From Camelus dromedarius (Eukaryota), in NCBI RefSeq assembly GCF_036321535.1, contig NC_087436.1, forward strand, positions 121,522,001-121,586,000: a DNA stretch of 64,000 bases, given 5' to 3'. The position numbers and the translations under genes are program-made. The notes below the pieces were generated by a model, which did not search any database, was not told where the DNA came from, and saw only the letters and a list, made by a program, of their open reading frames with translations. Shown piece after piece: positions 9,901 through 21,900 of the stretch. The first letter of the stretch is position 1; each line of letters begins with the position of its first letter.

Positions 9901-12900
9901 AGCTGCTCACCCCGGCTCCCGCCCTCGGGGCCTTTTGCCTGGCACAGGTGAGTCCTGAGTGGCCCTGGCCCTGGGCTCCCATCTCAAGACTCAGAGTCCA
10001 GCTTATTTTGGTGCTTGTCTTTCAGGAGATTCGAAGGCCACGAAAAAGCAGGTTCTTGGTGTTTCCAGTGGTGTGGGTCACGGCCAGTTGTTCTTTGTCT
10101 GTCTCTGGTTTTCTCGGAGTGGCTCGTCGGGTGATTCTTACATGCCCCTGTGGCTGTGGTCTCGCACTGGCGGTGGGCGTGGCATCAGTCCTTAGGGCCG
10201 TGTTTGGAGAAATGTGGGCAGGGGCTTCACGAGGTGCTTTCTGCTCTGTCTCCAGCTGAGTTGACCGCAGCCCATTTTGGAGGCGGGGATGGGCTCCTTT
10301 ATAAGAAGACCTCTCAGCAGCAAGGCGAGGAGGGAGAAAAACCAAAGTCACGCAAAGAACTGATCGAGGAGCTCATCGCAAAGTCAAAGCAGGAGAAGGT
10401 GCGTCAGTTCCTGCTCTCGGTGCTGCGGCGCCGTCGGCACACGCTCACTGAGACGGTTTTGAGCTTTTTCTCCCGGTACATTTTTCAGGCTGTATTTAAT
10501 ATCTTCTATGAATTAAATAAAAGCATTCAGTTTGAATAGGAATAAAAATGCATTTTAAATTTCATCAAGCATATACTTCTGATGGTTTCTTGTGGTTTGG
10601 GGTGTGGTTTTTTGTTTTGAGGGTGGTTTTGTTTTGTTTTGTGGTTTTGCTCTTATGACATGTACCGAGATTCGCAGGACATCGCTGTTTTTTGCTAACA
10701 GAGAACTGCTCAGAGCATCTGGGATGGGGGTCGTTTTGCAGCAGGAAGTTTGTTCTGCGTCCTGGGATTCTGTAGCCTTGTCTCTGAGATGCTCATTTCT
10801 CGTGGCTCCTCTCCCTGTTGGCCTGTTAGGTGGAACTGAGCGGTGTCGAGTGTGGCCTGGCCACTCAGCTGGGGTCCAGCAGTAATGGGTGTGTGCTGTC
10901 CTTTTTCCCTAGAGGGAGAGACAGGCTCAACGGGAAGATGCCCTCGAACTCACAGAGAAGCTCGACCAAGACTGGAAGGAAATCCAGGCTCTCCTGGCAC
11001 ACAAAACGCCCAAGCCAGAGGGCAGAGGCGGGAAGGAGAAACCCCAGGTGGGGCAGCAAGTCCAAGCTGGGCGTACGCCCTGGGCGTGGCCTTTCCCTGC
11101 AGAAAAGGGGGCCCCTGCGTCTGTCCTCCGTTTCTCTTAGTTCTGTTAAACTTTATGTTCAGTTGCCTGATACGTGTTATGTCAGGGTGGAAACAGACTA
11201 AAAGTTCCTCTGGTATCTGCTCCAGAGGCATGAGAGCAAAGAAGATGGCTGTTTCTTGGTATGAGAGAGAGTTCGGGGAGGGCGCGGGGGGCCTTCAGAT
11301 GGTGTCTGACCTCTCCTCTTACACCTCTGTGTATCGGCCGCACACTTATTTATTTTTCCCCCCAAACAGTATTTGGTTCCTGCCACATTGGTTTTAGTCT
11401 GAATTGCTGGGAAAGCTGCATTCGTTTGGGGGCCAGGTTTCTAGGAAGTCCTCGGATGTCACCAGATTCCTGTGCCCTGCAGCTGTCTGCACATCTGTAC
11501 ACGTCCCCCATCCTGTTGCTGCCACCTTTACACAGAATCCCATTTGGGGGGCTTAACACCTAAATGAGCAATGTTTAGTTTTGTTAAAGCAGATATATTC
11601 TGAGAAGAATTTTCTAGGAGCAAAAAGTCATATATGACCTAAAAGTGTCCCCAGGACTGGTTAGAGCAGCCCGCTCCCCAAGGAGAAAAGACTTAGGGTG
11701 CATTTTATGTCTTCCGTGGGGGTGTCCGGCCATCGCTGGGAGGAGCACGAAGGCAGTTACGCAGATCTTGTCCTTAAAAAATGCTAAGAAAGAAACATAC
11801 CTTCTTTCTGCCCTAGCCTGATGCATATGACATGATGGTTCGGGAGCTCGGCTTTGAAATGAAAGCACAGCCCTCCAACAGGATGAAAACCAAGGAGGAG
11901 CTGGCCGAGGAGGCACAGGCGCGGCTCAGACGCCTGGAGGTACGGGGTGGGGCAGCTGTCCGGGGGCTGCGCGGCCCTCCTTCAGGGCCCCTCCGCCTCG
12001 CTGTGTGAGGTGGGCTGAAGGAGTCCTGCGCTTCATCAGTGGGATCTTTTTAGCCTGTGTAAGTTTATGTTTGTTTTACTGTGTGTGTGTGTATATATAA
12101 ATATATTACTATAAAAACCAAAAAAATGCAGCTAATATCCAACATAACAAAGGAAAAATGGACTTTTCCCCCTAATCTCTGTACCTCAGAACAACTGCTA
12201 GCGGTATGTGCCTTCTCACCTTTTTTCTGTCTCTGAAGGGTTTTAAAAATTTTATTACATTATGAAACAAAAATGAAATAGAGACATAGTGTCCTGCATC
12301 TGGGCTTTTCAGTGTCTCGCATCGTGGCTTCCTCCTGCGTCTGCCACCTGCTCTCAGGTGGTAAAAGTAGTTGAGCTCCTGGTTTAATCGCACGCCGACC
12401 TCAGGGTAAGGGGCCCTGCTCCTCTCTTGCCCTGGAGAGTGGTGGCAAGTGACGTTCATGGCTGGCTGGCATGATTTGGCCAGAAAGACCTCAGAGTAAT
12501 AGGTTTTGCTGCCTTGTGACTAGAACTATTTCTGCCACAAAATTTATTTTTATTTTTGTTAATTAAGTCTTCCATACGATACTTACCGAGGGTTTGATTG
12601 AAGACTGAAAGCAGGAGGCCTGTTGACTTGCCCTGACGGCCAGCAGGGCGTGCCTTGGAGGCACGTGTGCACCCGCACAGCTGACGACTTTCCTCTCTCC
12701 TGCTCAGGCCGAACGACTCCGAAGAATGCTTGGAAAGGATGAGGATGAACGTACCAAGAACCCAAAACACGTGTCAGCGGATGACCTGAGTGACGGCTTC
12801 ATACTGGACAAAGATGACCGGCGTGTGCTCTCTTACAAAGTGAGGGGCTTGCCTTCGCTTCCTAGTTTTCTCTGTTAATTTAAAAGAACGTGTTTCCTGG

Positions 12901-15900
12901 TATTTCATTTAACAGACTTACCTGAGATGGACATTGTAAGTCTTTTTAAAAACGGCTTCTCCGGGGCTCTTTATTTGGGTGTTCACGGTGTGGCAGAGCA
13001 GGCTGAGACATTAGTCCTCCCCACCTACTCTGGAGAACACGGGGCACACGAGACTTGGTCGCTGAGTATGATCCTGAGGAATATTTTGAGGAAAATAATT
13101 GTGTTTCTAAGACTGGTGCGGTTTTTCATTCCTGAGCCCTACAAGGTCTGGACCCGTGTCCGCTGTGAGAGTGTGTCGATCAGGACTCAGGGCAGGAAAA
13201 TGGGGAGATAGGCGTCTCAAGCAGAAAAGGATCCAGGGCAGGATGCTGGGTGCTCGCAAAACACTGAGTTATCTGGGGGAGATGGTCAGGGGTCACCTGG
13301 GTCACCCCCTGTGCCTGCAACCCTGCTGAGCCAGCTGTCCCCAGCCTGGTGTCCCCACGACCAGTGGTGGTGCTGCAGAGCCCCCCCCCCCACCCCCCAC
13401 CCCCCGCTGCTGGGGCCATGGCCGCTGGTGCGCCGTCGACACCCTGGACCCCGCTGCTCCCTGGCAGAAACGAAACCTTGCCCAGGCCCCTGGTGGCAGG
13501 GTTTTGGGAAATGTGGTTCCCAGGCCGTGAGCCCCTGTGGCTCACAGCTGCATCGAAGAGGGTGGGCAAGAGGCCCAGGGCCGTTGGACATGCAGCACAT
13601 GGTTTATGTCCCTTGCAAACGAGTGAGAAAAAGCACCTGTGTGTGCACAGCACTAGATGTGTCACGTGCTGCTGTCCCCGGGCAGTGACACTTCTGGTTT
13701 CCCCTTCTATTCCCAGGACGGAAAGATGAACGTCGAGGAAGAGCTGGGCGGGGAGGCCAGTGCCAGTGAGAGCGCAGAGGAGGAGGAGGAGGGCTCGGGC
13801 GAGGAAGGGGACCCAGAGGAGAGCGATGGCCCGGACGGCCACTCGGACCTGGAGTCAGACGTGGGCAGTGAGGATGGCGGCGAGAGGGCAGAGGAGGACG
13901 CATGCCTGGTCCCCGGGGACATAGCGATAGCTGATGACGGAGGAGCGCGAGAGGCTGCCAGGACGGAGCTGCCCTACACGTTGGCAGGTGGGCGGGCAGC
14001 AACCTCTGAGGCCTGGGGGCCCGCCTCCCAGGGGCTGCGACTGTGGAGGCGGGTGAGGCAGGGGCAGTCTGTGGGTCCTGTCTGCAGACAGGCATGGTCA
14101 GCCTCTTCCATGGTTTCCCCCCCGGCACGGGTGTCAGTCTCATCGCCCGGCGGCAGCAGTTCTGCAGGCCCCGGGTACTTCTACGCTGTTCTCATGGTCG
14201 GCTGCAGGGCAGGAGCGCCAGGCACCTGCGCAGGCACCTGTCCTGGGCTCAGACCTGGCCACTCCTGCTGGGCCTCCCAACGTCTTACACAGAACATAGC
14301 GTGCTGTTCTGCCCCGTGTGCAGATGCACATCGTCCGGGTACAATCTGAGGTTGTCCTGCGCCCTAAGGTGCTTCCCCGAGAGGTCCGACCAGTGGGGGA
14401 GGCTGGCTTCAGCGGACGTGGCCTTGATCCACGGGAGTGTCAGGCGGGGACACTGCTCCGAGTGGTCTGGGCCTTCAGCGCGCCGTGCCCTCTGCTCCCC
14501 ACGTGTTGGGTATTGAAGCAGATTCCTGATGGAGGGATGGTGGGCGGCCACTTCTTCTTTGAGGTGTCTCGGAAACGTAGTCACCAGCAGGAGCCCCATT
14601 CACTCTGGCCTCACCTTGGCCATGAGAAGTATCTGTGGTGATTCAGTGGGAAGTGAAATCAGTGTTTCCATAAAATACGTTGAATTGTCTCTTTGGGTGA
14701 AATGGAAGACATCCTGTTACTTAGTTTGTGTTTAGTTTTTATCTCTGTTACAGAACGTGAGGATTCCCATTTGACGTGTTAAATGCGGAGTGTGCTTCGC
14801 GTTTTTGACAGCTCCGGAGTCCTACGAGGAACTGAAGTCTTTACTGTCAGGAAAGTCGGTGGAAGAGCAGCTTCTGGTTGTGGAGAGAATTCAGAAATGC
14901 AGCCACCCGAGTCTCGCGGTGGGAAACAAAGCCAAGCTAGAAGTACGCAGTGTGTACAGGGGTGCGGGGGCGGGGGGGCCGGCCTGAGCGCCTACCGCCG
15001 AAGCTGGCGTGACAAAGTGCGTCCCCCGCTCACCACCTCGCGGCATGATCCCACGCCTAGGGGGCGGGATGAGCAGAGAGCCAGGCCCTGATGGCCATCA
15101 CCCCAAGGCCCACAGCAGGCCCAGGCGGCCAGCTCTGTTCCCTCGTTTCCCTGTGAGCTCACCTCACTCGGCCGTCAAGCAGCAAAGCCAGACTTCTGGG
15201 GAAATAGGGGCCTTGTCTTCTCTGGGTAAATGCTGACTGGCCACTGGACAAGGCGCCATGCTGGGTGTGTTCTAGACTTGGGTGTTGTGGCTGCTGCCTA
15301 AAGGGCACGCCCAGACCCTGAGCTCTTAGCTGCTCCCGTGAGTGACCGCGGGCCTCTGCCCACGAGGTGCAGTGGCTCCTGTCCCAGCCCTGCCGTCGCG
15401 GGCGTGGGGGCAGCGCCTCGTGTGCTCAGTCCTGGGTCTGAACTCTCTCCAACCCCTGCTCCCGCGCAGAAACTGTTCGGCTTCCTTTTGGAATACATTG
15501 GCGATTTGGCTACAGAGGACCCCCCAGGCCTCGGCATAATTGACAAGTTGGTCGTGTAAGTGAAACTGGTGGGTTGTCTGGAAGGTGGGGCCGAGTTGAA
15601 CAGACTTTATGCTGTTTAGTAAAAATACATTCTGCATTTATTAAGCTTGGCCTTGAAGCAAGGCCCACAGCAGGCATGGCTGCGGTGACTTCAGTGATGA
15701 CAGCCCACTCTTAAGTCGTGTTAACACGTGTCTTGCATCATGACAGAAATGGGACGTGTTTTTAACTGCAGAGTGACTTTGAGACAGTTGGGCCCCTTCA
15801 GCCGTGTTCACAGTGTCTGATGCCTAATTGTCTTGTTCCGTCACCAGTGAAGCCTCAGGCTCTGCCGGGGCGGGGGGAGGGGGGTTTGGAACCCGTCGCA

Positions 15901-18900
15901 GGCAGCATCTGGTGGTCGCCCCGCTCTCCCCCCACCCCCGCCCCAGGCCTTGCCTCCTCGGAGCTCGTTGTGCTCACACACGTGCAGGGCCTCCTGCGCT
16001 CCTGCCCCTGCCCTGGGCCGTGCACAGCACCCTCACCGCAGCAGAACCGCTGGCAGGCAGCTCCGGCCTCATGTGGGCTGGAGGGAGTGCAGCGGGCAGA
16101 GATCTGAGTCGGGAGGGTCAGTGAGAGCGGGTGGCCCAGTGGGGCCCTCGGCCTCCTGGAGCGCTTGGTGGGGGGCCAGTGAGTCCGCATGCAGAGTACC
16201 TTGGACCTGGTGGCCCCCTCTGGTGCAGAGGGTGCCTCCTGAGCTGTTATCATTGAAAATACAGCTCCTGCCACCTTTGCTCCCGAGAAGTCATGACCGG
16301 AGGTTTAGGAAACAGCAGAAAGGAGCACAGGTTATTGTAAAACACCACTGGAGGGCCTGCCGGCTGCCGGGACAGGAAAGCGGGTTCCTCCAGTGACTTC
16401 CAGTTCTTACTGGCCACTGGAGAGACTGCCGGGGCAGCAGGAGGGCCTGCCGGCTGCCGGGACAGGAGAGTGGGTTCCTCCAGTGACTTCCAGTTCTTAC
16501 TGGCTCAGTCGGCAGGTGACGTCGCAGAACGTGGGCAACGTAGGAGGTTTGGGGTTTTTTCTGTTTTTGTCACCTGAAGACCTTCAGCCCTGACTGACTG
16601 ACGTTTCTGATGAACAGGCATTTATATAATCTCTGCCAGATGTTTCCTGATTCTGCAAGCGACTCCATGAAGTTCGTCCTCCGAGACGCCATGCACGAGA
16701 TGGAAGCGACAGTGGAGTCCACTGGCCGGGCGGCCTTCCCGGGCCTGGACGTGGTGAGAGGGGGCTGGTTTAGTGCAGTCGTCCACCTCTAGCCTCCAGT
16801 GGCCGGCAGAAGGGTTTTCCCTTGGGCCACGTGAAAGGATGTTCCAGAGATTTCTGTCTGTAGTGATAGGGGCTCCCTCTCCGCTCGTAAAACGTTCCTG
16901 GATGTTCTTAAAAGTCTAGGTGGGAAAGGGCAGTCACGTGCTGTGGACGCTCAGAGGCAGGCCCGGTACACGAGGCTGAATCTCGTCCTCACGGTGCCCT
17001 GGGAGGCGTGAGTGCGGTGTGCCGTCCCACAGGTGAGGGAGCGCAGGCCGCGGGCGGCAGGGCTGCAGCCCCGGGCGGCTCCTGGCTGCCCTGTAGTCAG
17101 GAGAGCTGCTACCTCTGGACCCGGCGGTGGTGTTGGAGCCCTGGTCCCTCCCAGCTTCTAGTGTAGAGAAAAGTGTGACGCTTCATTATTCAGGAGGACG
17201 CAGGCGCTCCCTCCTGCCCAGACGGAAGCGGGCTCTTCTGCTGACACTGCCACGGCCGCTCCCGGGGAAGCTCTGCCTTGGCTCCGTGGGGCCGGACGTG
17301 GGGCGGAGCCTGGGGCTCCGGAGACCCGGGACCTCAAAGTGCGTGCTGTTCTGCCCGCTCGCTTTGTGGGGTCGAATGGAGGGGAGGGGTTCTTCTCCCA
17401 GAGCAGAGCTGGTAGCGTTTGGTCCCGAGAAGCTCGGGCTGCTGCTTCCTGGGCTAAGGCCGAGGGGGCAGTGAGCTCCTGGCTGGCAAGTGACCTTGGC
17501 CAGGAAGGGCTCGTCAGCCCTGCCAGACCCACGGTCCTGTCTCTGTTTTCTAAAACACCGTACGTCCTGGAGGAGTTGGCCTTGTGCTGTGAGGGTGGCC
17601 CTGCCCAGTGCGTGGGGAGGTGAGGGGGGCGCGGGCACCTTCGGGGGCCGTGCTCTGGCCGTCAGACACATGACAGCTGGTGTCCCTGCGTGCTTGGCTG
17701 TGTTCCCTCCGGAGCTTCAAAACCTGTTTTGCTCTTGGGCCCTTTCAAAAGGCGCCGTTTTCACCTTTGTTTTCCCTTTTTAACCTGTGTGGTGACTTTC
17801 TTTCCAGCTCATTTACTTGAAAATCGTTGGGATGTTGTTTCCAACCTCGGACTTCCGGCACCCCGTCGTCACCCCCGCGCTGCTGTGTATGAGCCAGCTG
17901 CTCACCAAGGTACGTCAGCAACCCCCACCCCGGCGTCCCGGGACCAACCGACGGCTCTGGCGGCAGAACAGCTCTCCTGCGGGGGTGGGGAGATCAGAAG
18001 TGGCCTCGCCCCGCCCCACCCCGCCCTGTGCTCCTGGGCTCGGCAGCCCCAGGCCAGGGACAGAGGGTGTGACCCCAGAAAGCATCAGGTCTGATGTGGG
18101 GCCCTGTTCCCCTCTTGGCTTAAAAAGTTCCCCATAGTTCCTTTTGCCTCCGTTGGGCGTGTGAGGGGTGCACACGCCCTGCAGTAATGATCGTTCCACT
18201 CCGAAAGGGGGGCCCTGTGATCACAACGCTGTCCCCCACTGAGCCTCCCGGGCCGCGCCCTGGTCCTCCACAGTGCCCTGTCCTGTCCCTGCGAGACGTA
18301 CTGAAGGGCCTGTTCGTGTGCTGCGTGTTCCTGGACTACGTGTCTCTGTCTCAGAGGTTCATACCCGAGCTTGTTAACTTTCTCCTCGGGATCCTCTACA
18401 CAGCGACTCCGAAGAAGCAAAGCCAAGGTGAGTTGTTTTGACGGAGCTTTTTCAAATATGTTGTAGTTCAGAATTTAAAATCTTTCAAAAGTAGTGCATA
18501 TTCAAGTAGAAAATTCGGAATACGGAGAAGTTAGAAGACAAACACACCTGAAGTCCGTCACGCAGAGCAGCAGCCTTCCCCTCTATGTGGCTGCGTCCAC
18601 ACCCGCGCTTTGGAAAATCAGGGTCACAGCTGCGTGTGGAGAGTCTGAACCGAGTAAGGGCAGAGTTTCCCCATGCAGCAAGTCTCACTACCAAAAATAC
18701 ATAAAACGCCTCGGTTTTTATGTTGGCTGTGTGTTGAAGGAGCACGTGGGGGAGAAACACAGGACACCAGTAAGGTTCGCCCTTCTGCTTGTTTGCGTGT
18801 GGCGACAGCTTTTTAGCTCACACACCGCTCACAGTGTGCATCTGGTTGGCCGCGTTTCCCTCACAGCTTCTGCAGCGTCCCGAATTTGGGGAGGAGAGAG

Positions 18901-21900
18901 AATCAACAGCAGTGCTCTGAAAAAGAGCCGTAGCCTCTGTTCACCCCCTGAGCTGCGGCGCCCTCACCGCCGCCCCCCATGACCCGACACCCCCGACGCT
19001 CCCTCCTCGTCCCTGGGGGTTGCTTGCCCTTGGTCCCCTCGCTCTTTCGTGCCTGTGGGGTCCCTCTCCTGGCCTGATCGCAGGTCGCGTCTCAAGGACA
19101 AGCCCTCGTCCCCGTTTGCAGCACATCTGTGGTGCTGAGCACCTGCACATGCCCAGCGGGCGCCCTTTGGGGTCTGGCGGCCCCTCCGCTCAGCACGCCG
19201 TGTGCCCCATCCTCGCTTTCCCCTCGTAACCTCGGGGAGGCTTCCCTGCCTGTCGCTCTCCCCCTGACCCTCATGCTGCGTGCACCTCTCCACCAGCCGT
19301 GGGGGTGGCGCCGGAGAGGCCTGGCCACACCCCAGGGAGACCCATCAGAAGAGACTGCAGCTCAGGGCAGGGAGCCGCAGGGGGCGCACTGCCTGCTGGA
19401 GTCGGGCGGGCGGGGGTCGCAGCTGGCTGCTGCCCACCTGTGCCTCCCTCTGCCCAGCCACCGCCCATGTGGCCTCACCTGGACCCGCCAGGCCCTGTGC
19501 CCTCCCCCACAGGCCGCTCCCTCCACCTCGACGGCTTTTCTGCCTCACAACTGGGTTAAGCCCTGCTCCCCGCCCCAGGTCTCTGGAACAGGCCTTCTCT
19601 GACCTGGTTAGCTTGGCTTCCTGGCTCCACCCCCAGCGCCCCCAACTGGTCCCCCTCACCCTCCTCTGCTTTTTTTTCTGTCCGTTGTTTCTTCCCAGCA
19701 GTCAGTCTGGTTCGTTCATGTCCTCCACGGGCAGGGACCTGGTCTGTTCTTGGACCTGGCCCAAGCACCACTGCTAAAGCCGTCGCTCACCTCTGCGCGG
19801 GAAATGCATGTTTGTTGAAAGTGAACTTCCAGAGGCCTCACCCCAGAGAGCCTCCCCAGGGGCCTGGTAACACTCAGAGGCCGTTTCTGTCCCTGTCCCA
19901 CTTGGATTCAGGTTACACTCTGGTGCACCCTTTCAGAGCACTTGGGAGGAACTCAGAGCTGCTCGTGGTTTCTGACAAGGAGGACATGGCCACATGGCAG
20001 AGGAGACGCCTCTCCCTCCACTGGGCAGCTGGACCGAAAGCCCAGACGAAGACGGAAGCCAACCACACCAGGTACGTGCAGGCCCAGGGCTCCCGGGACG
20101 TGGCTCCTGGGCCCCTGGGTGCCAGGCAAACCCCAGAGGCCAGGCCAGGAGCCAGGCGTGACCCAGGACCCAGCAGCTGAACGCGCACCAGCCTCGCCTC
20201 TGTTTGCAGACGACGTGATCTGGTCTGTAGAAAACCCCAGTGATTCCACAGAGAAGCTGTGAGCTCTGAAAAGGTGAACTCGGCAAAGTAGTGGGGTGCG
20301 GAGTCAGCTGTGTCTCCACTCAGTGAACAGTCTGAAGAAGAAGTCACAGAAGTGACTCCATGTACAGTCACGTCAAAAGCAGTGCAATACTTAAGAATTA
20401 ACTGAACCAGGGAGGTAGAAGACTTGTACAGCGAAACTGCAAAACACTGCTGGAAGAAATGATCAAAGACATAAGTAGACGGAAACACATCCCTGTTCGT
20501 GGGCTGGGAGGCCTGATCACCTCCACAGACCATCACGCTAGGGCTTAAGTTCCAGCGCAGGAATTTTGTGGGGTCACAGCTTCAGTCTGTAGAAGTGGCA
20601 GGGTGAGGAGAGGGCTGGGGCTTTTTCCTGTAAGTCCTTTCATTCTCTGATTTTTTAAAATATGAATTATTTGAAATTTTTTGTTGAATTTTTTTTATTG
20701 TGTTAAAATATAGATAATATAAAATTTACCATCTTAACCATTTTAAATGTATGGTTTGGTGACATTAAGTGCATTCACATTGTTATGGAACCATTACCAC
20801 CAGCCACCTCCAGAACTCACTCATCTTCCCAAACGGAAACTGTCACAATTCCCCACCCTCCCCCAGCTCCCGGCAAGCACTGTCTGCTTTCTGCCTCTGC
20901 GGACTTGACTCCTCGGGACCTCATATGGGTGGAATCATACAGGATTTGTCCTCTTGTGACTGGCTTATTTCCCTGAGCATAATGTCCCAAGGTTCATCCA
21001 TGCTGTAGCAGGTGTCAGAATTTCCTTCCTTTTTAAGGCTGAGTAATATTCCACTGTGTGGATGGACCATACTCTTGTTTACCCATTCATCTGTCAGTGG
21101 ACACCTGGGTTGCTCCCACTTTTTGGTTACTCTGGGTAGTGCTCCTGTGGATGTGGGTGTACAAGTGTCTGTTCTGGTTCCTGCTTTCAGTTGTGCTCAT
21201 ACCCGGAAGTGGGACTGGTGGCTCACACAGTAGCTCTCTTCTTTTTTAGGAACCTCTATACTGTTTTCCTCCGTGGCTGCACCATTTTATGTTCCCACTA
21301 GGAGTGCACAAGGGCTCCGGTTTCTCCACATCCTTGTCAGCACTTAGTATTTTCTGTTTTTTTTGATATTAGCCATCCTCATGGGTGTGATTTTGGTTTT
21401 GATTTGCATTTTCCAGATCATTAGTGATGTTGAACATCTTTCCATGTGTTTATTCATAATCTTCTTTGGAGTAATGTCTGTTCAAGTCCTGATGGCCATT
21501 TTTTTCTCCAGAATGGTGTATGTTAGTTTCAAAATATACCTGTTTGGTGTTGCAGATGGTTTTAATTATTTAAAAACTGAAATGGGATTTATTTAAGATG
21601 AGGACTTCGGCCATTGTGGCAAGTCAGTCAGTTCTCCTGGGTCTCTCCCATGTGTTATTAAACTTTGATTTTCTCCTCTTTAAAAGAAGACTAACTACAA
21701 CAGAGCCACTCTTTCCAGGTTGTTCCTGCTTTCCGCTCCACAATCCTTGCTCTGGGAAACGCGGCGTTTTCTTTAGCTCCGAATACTGCGGGCGTTGGCT
21801 GCTGCGACGCTGCGCGCGGCCGATACTTGACCTCAGTGTCCGCGGCCCACGCTGGGCGCTTCAGAGCGGCACGTGGAAGGGTTTCACTTGCCAAGACAAC

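Noticed and set aside
15694..15820. GTGATGA...CTGA pair in NOP14 intron 10 resembling a box C/D snoRNA
   Set aside because: No convincing terminal stem adjacent to the boxes, no clear C'/D' pair, no rRNA complementarity recognised and far from the 3' splice site. An Infernal/Rfam or snoscan hit would reopen it.
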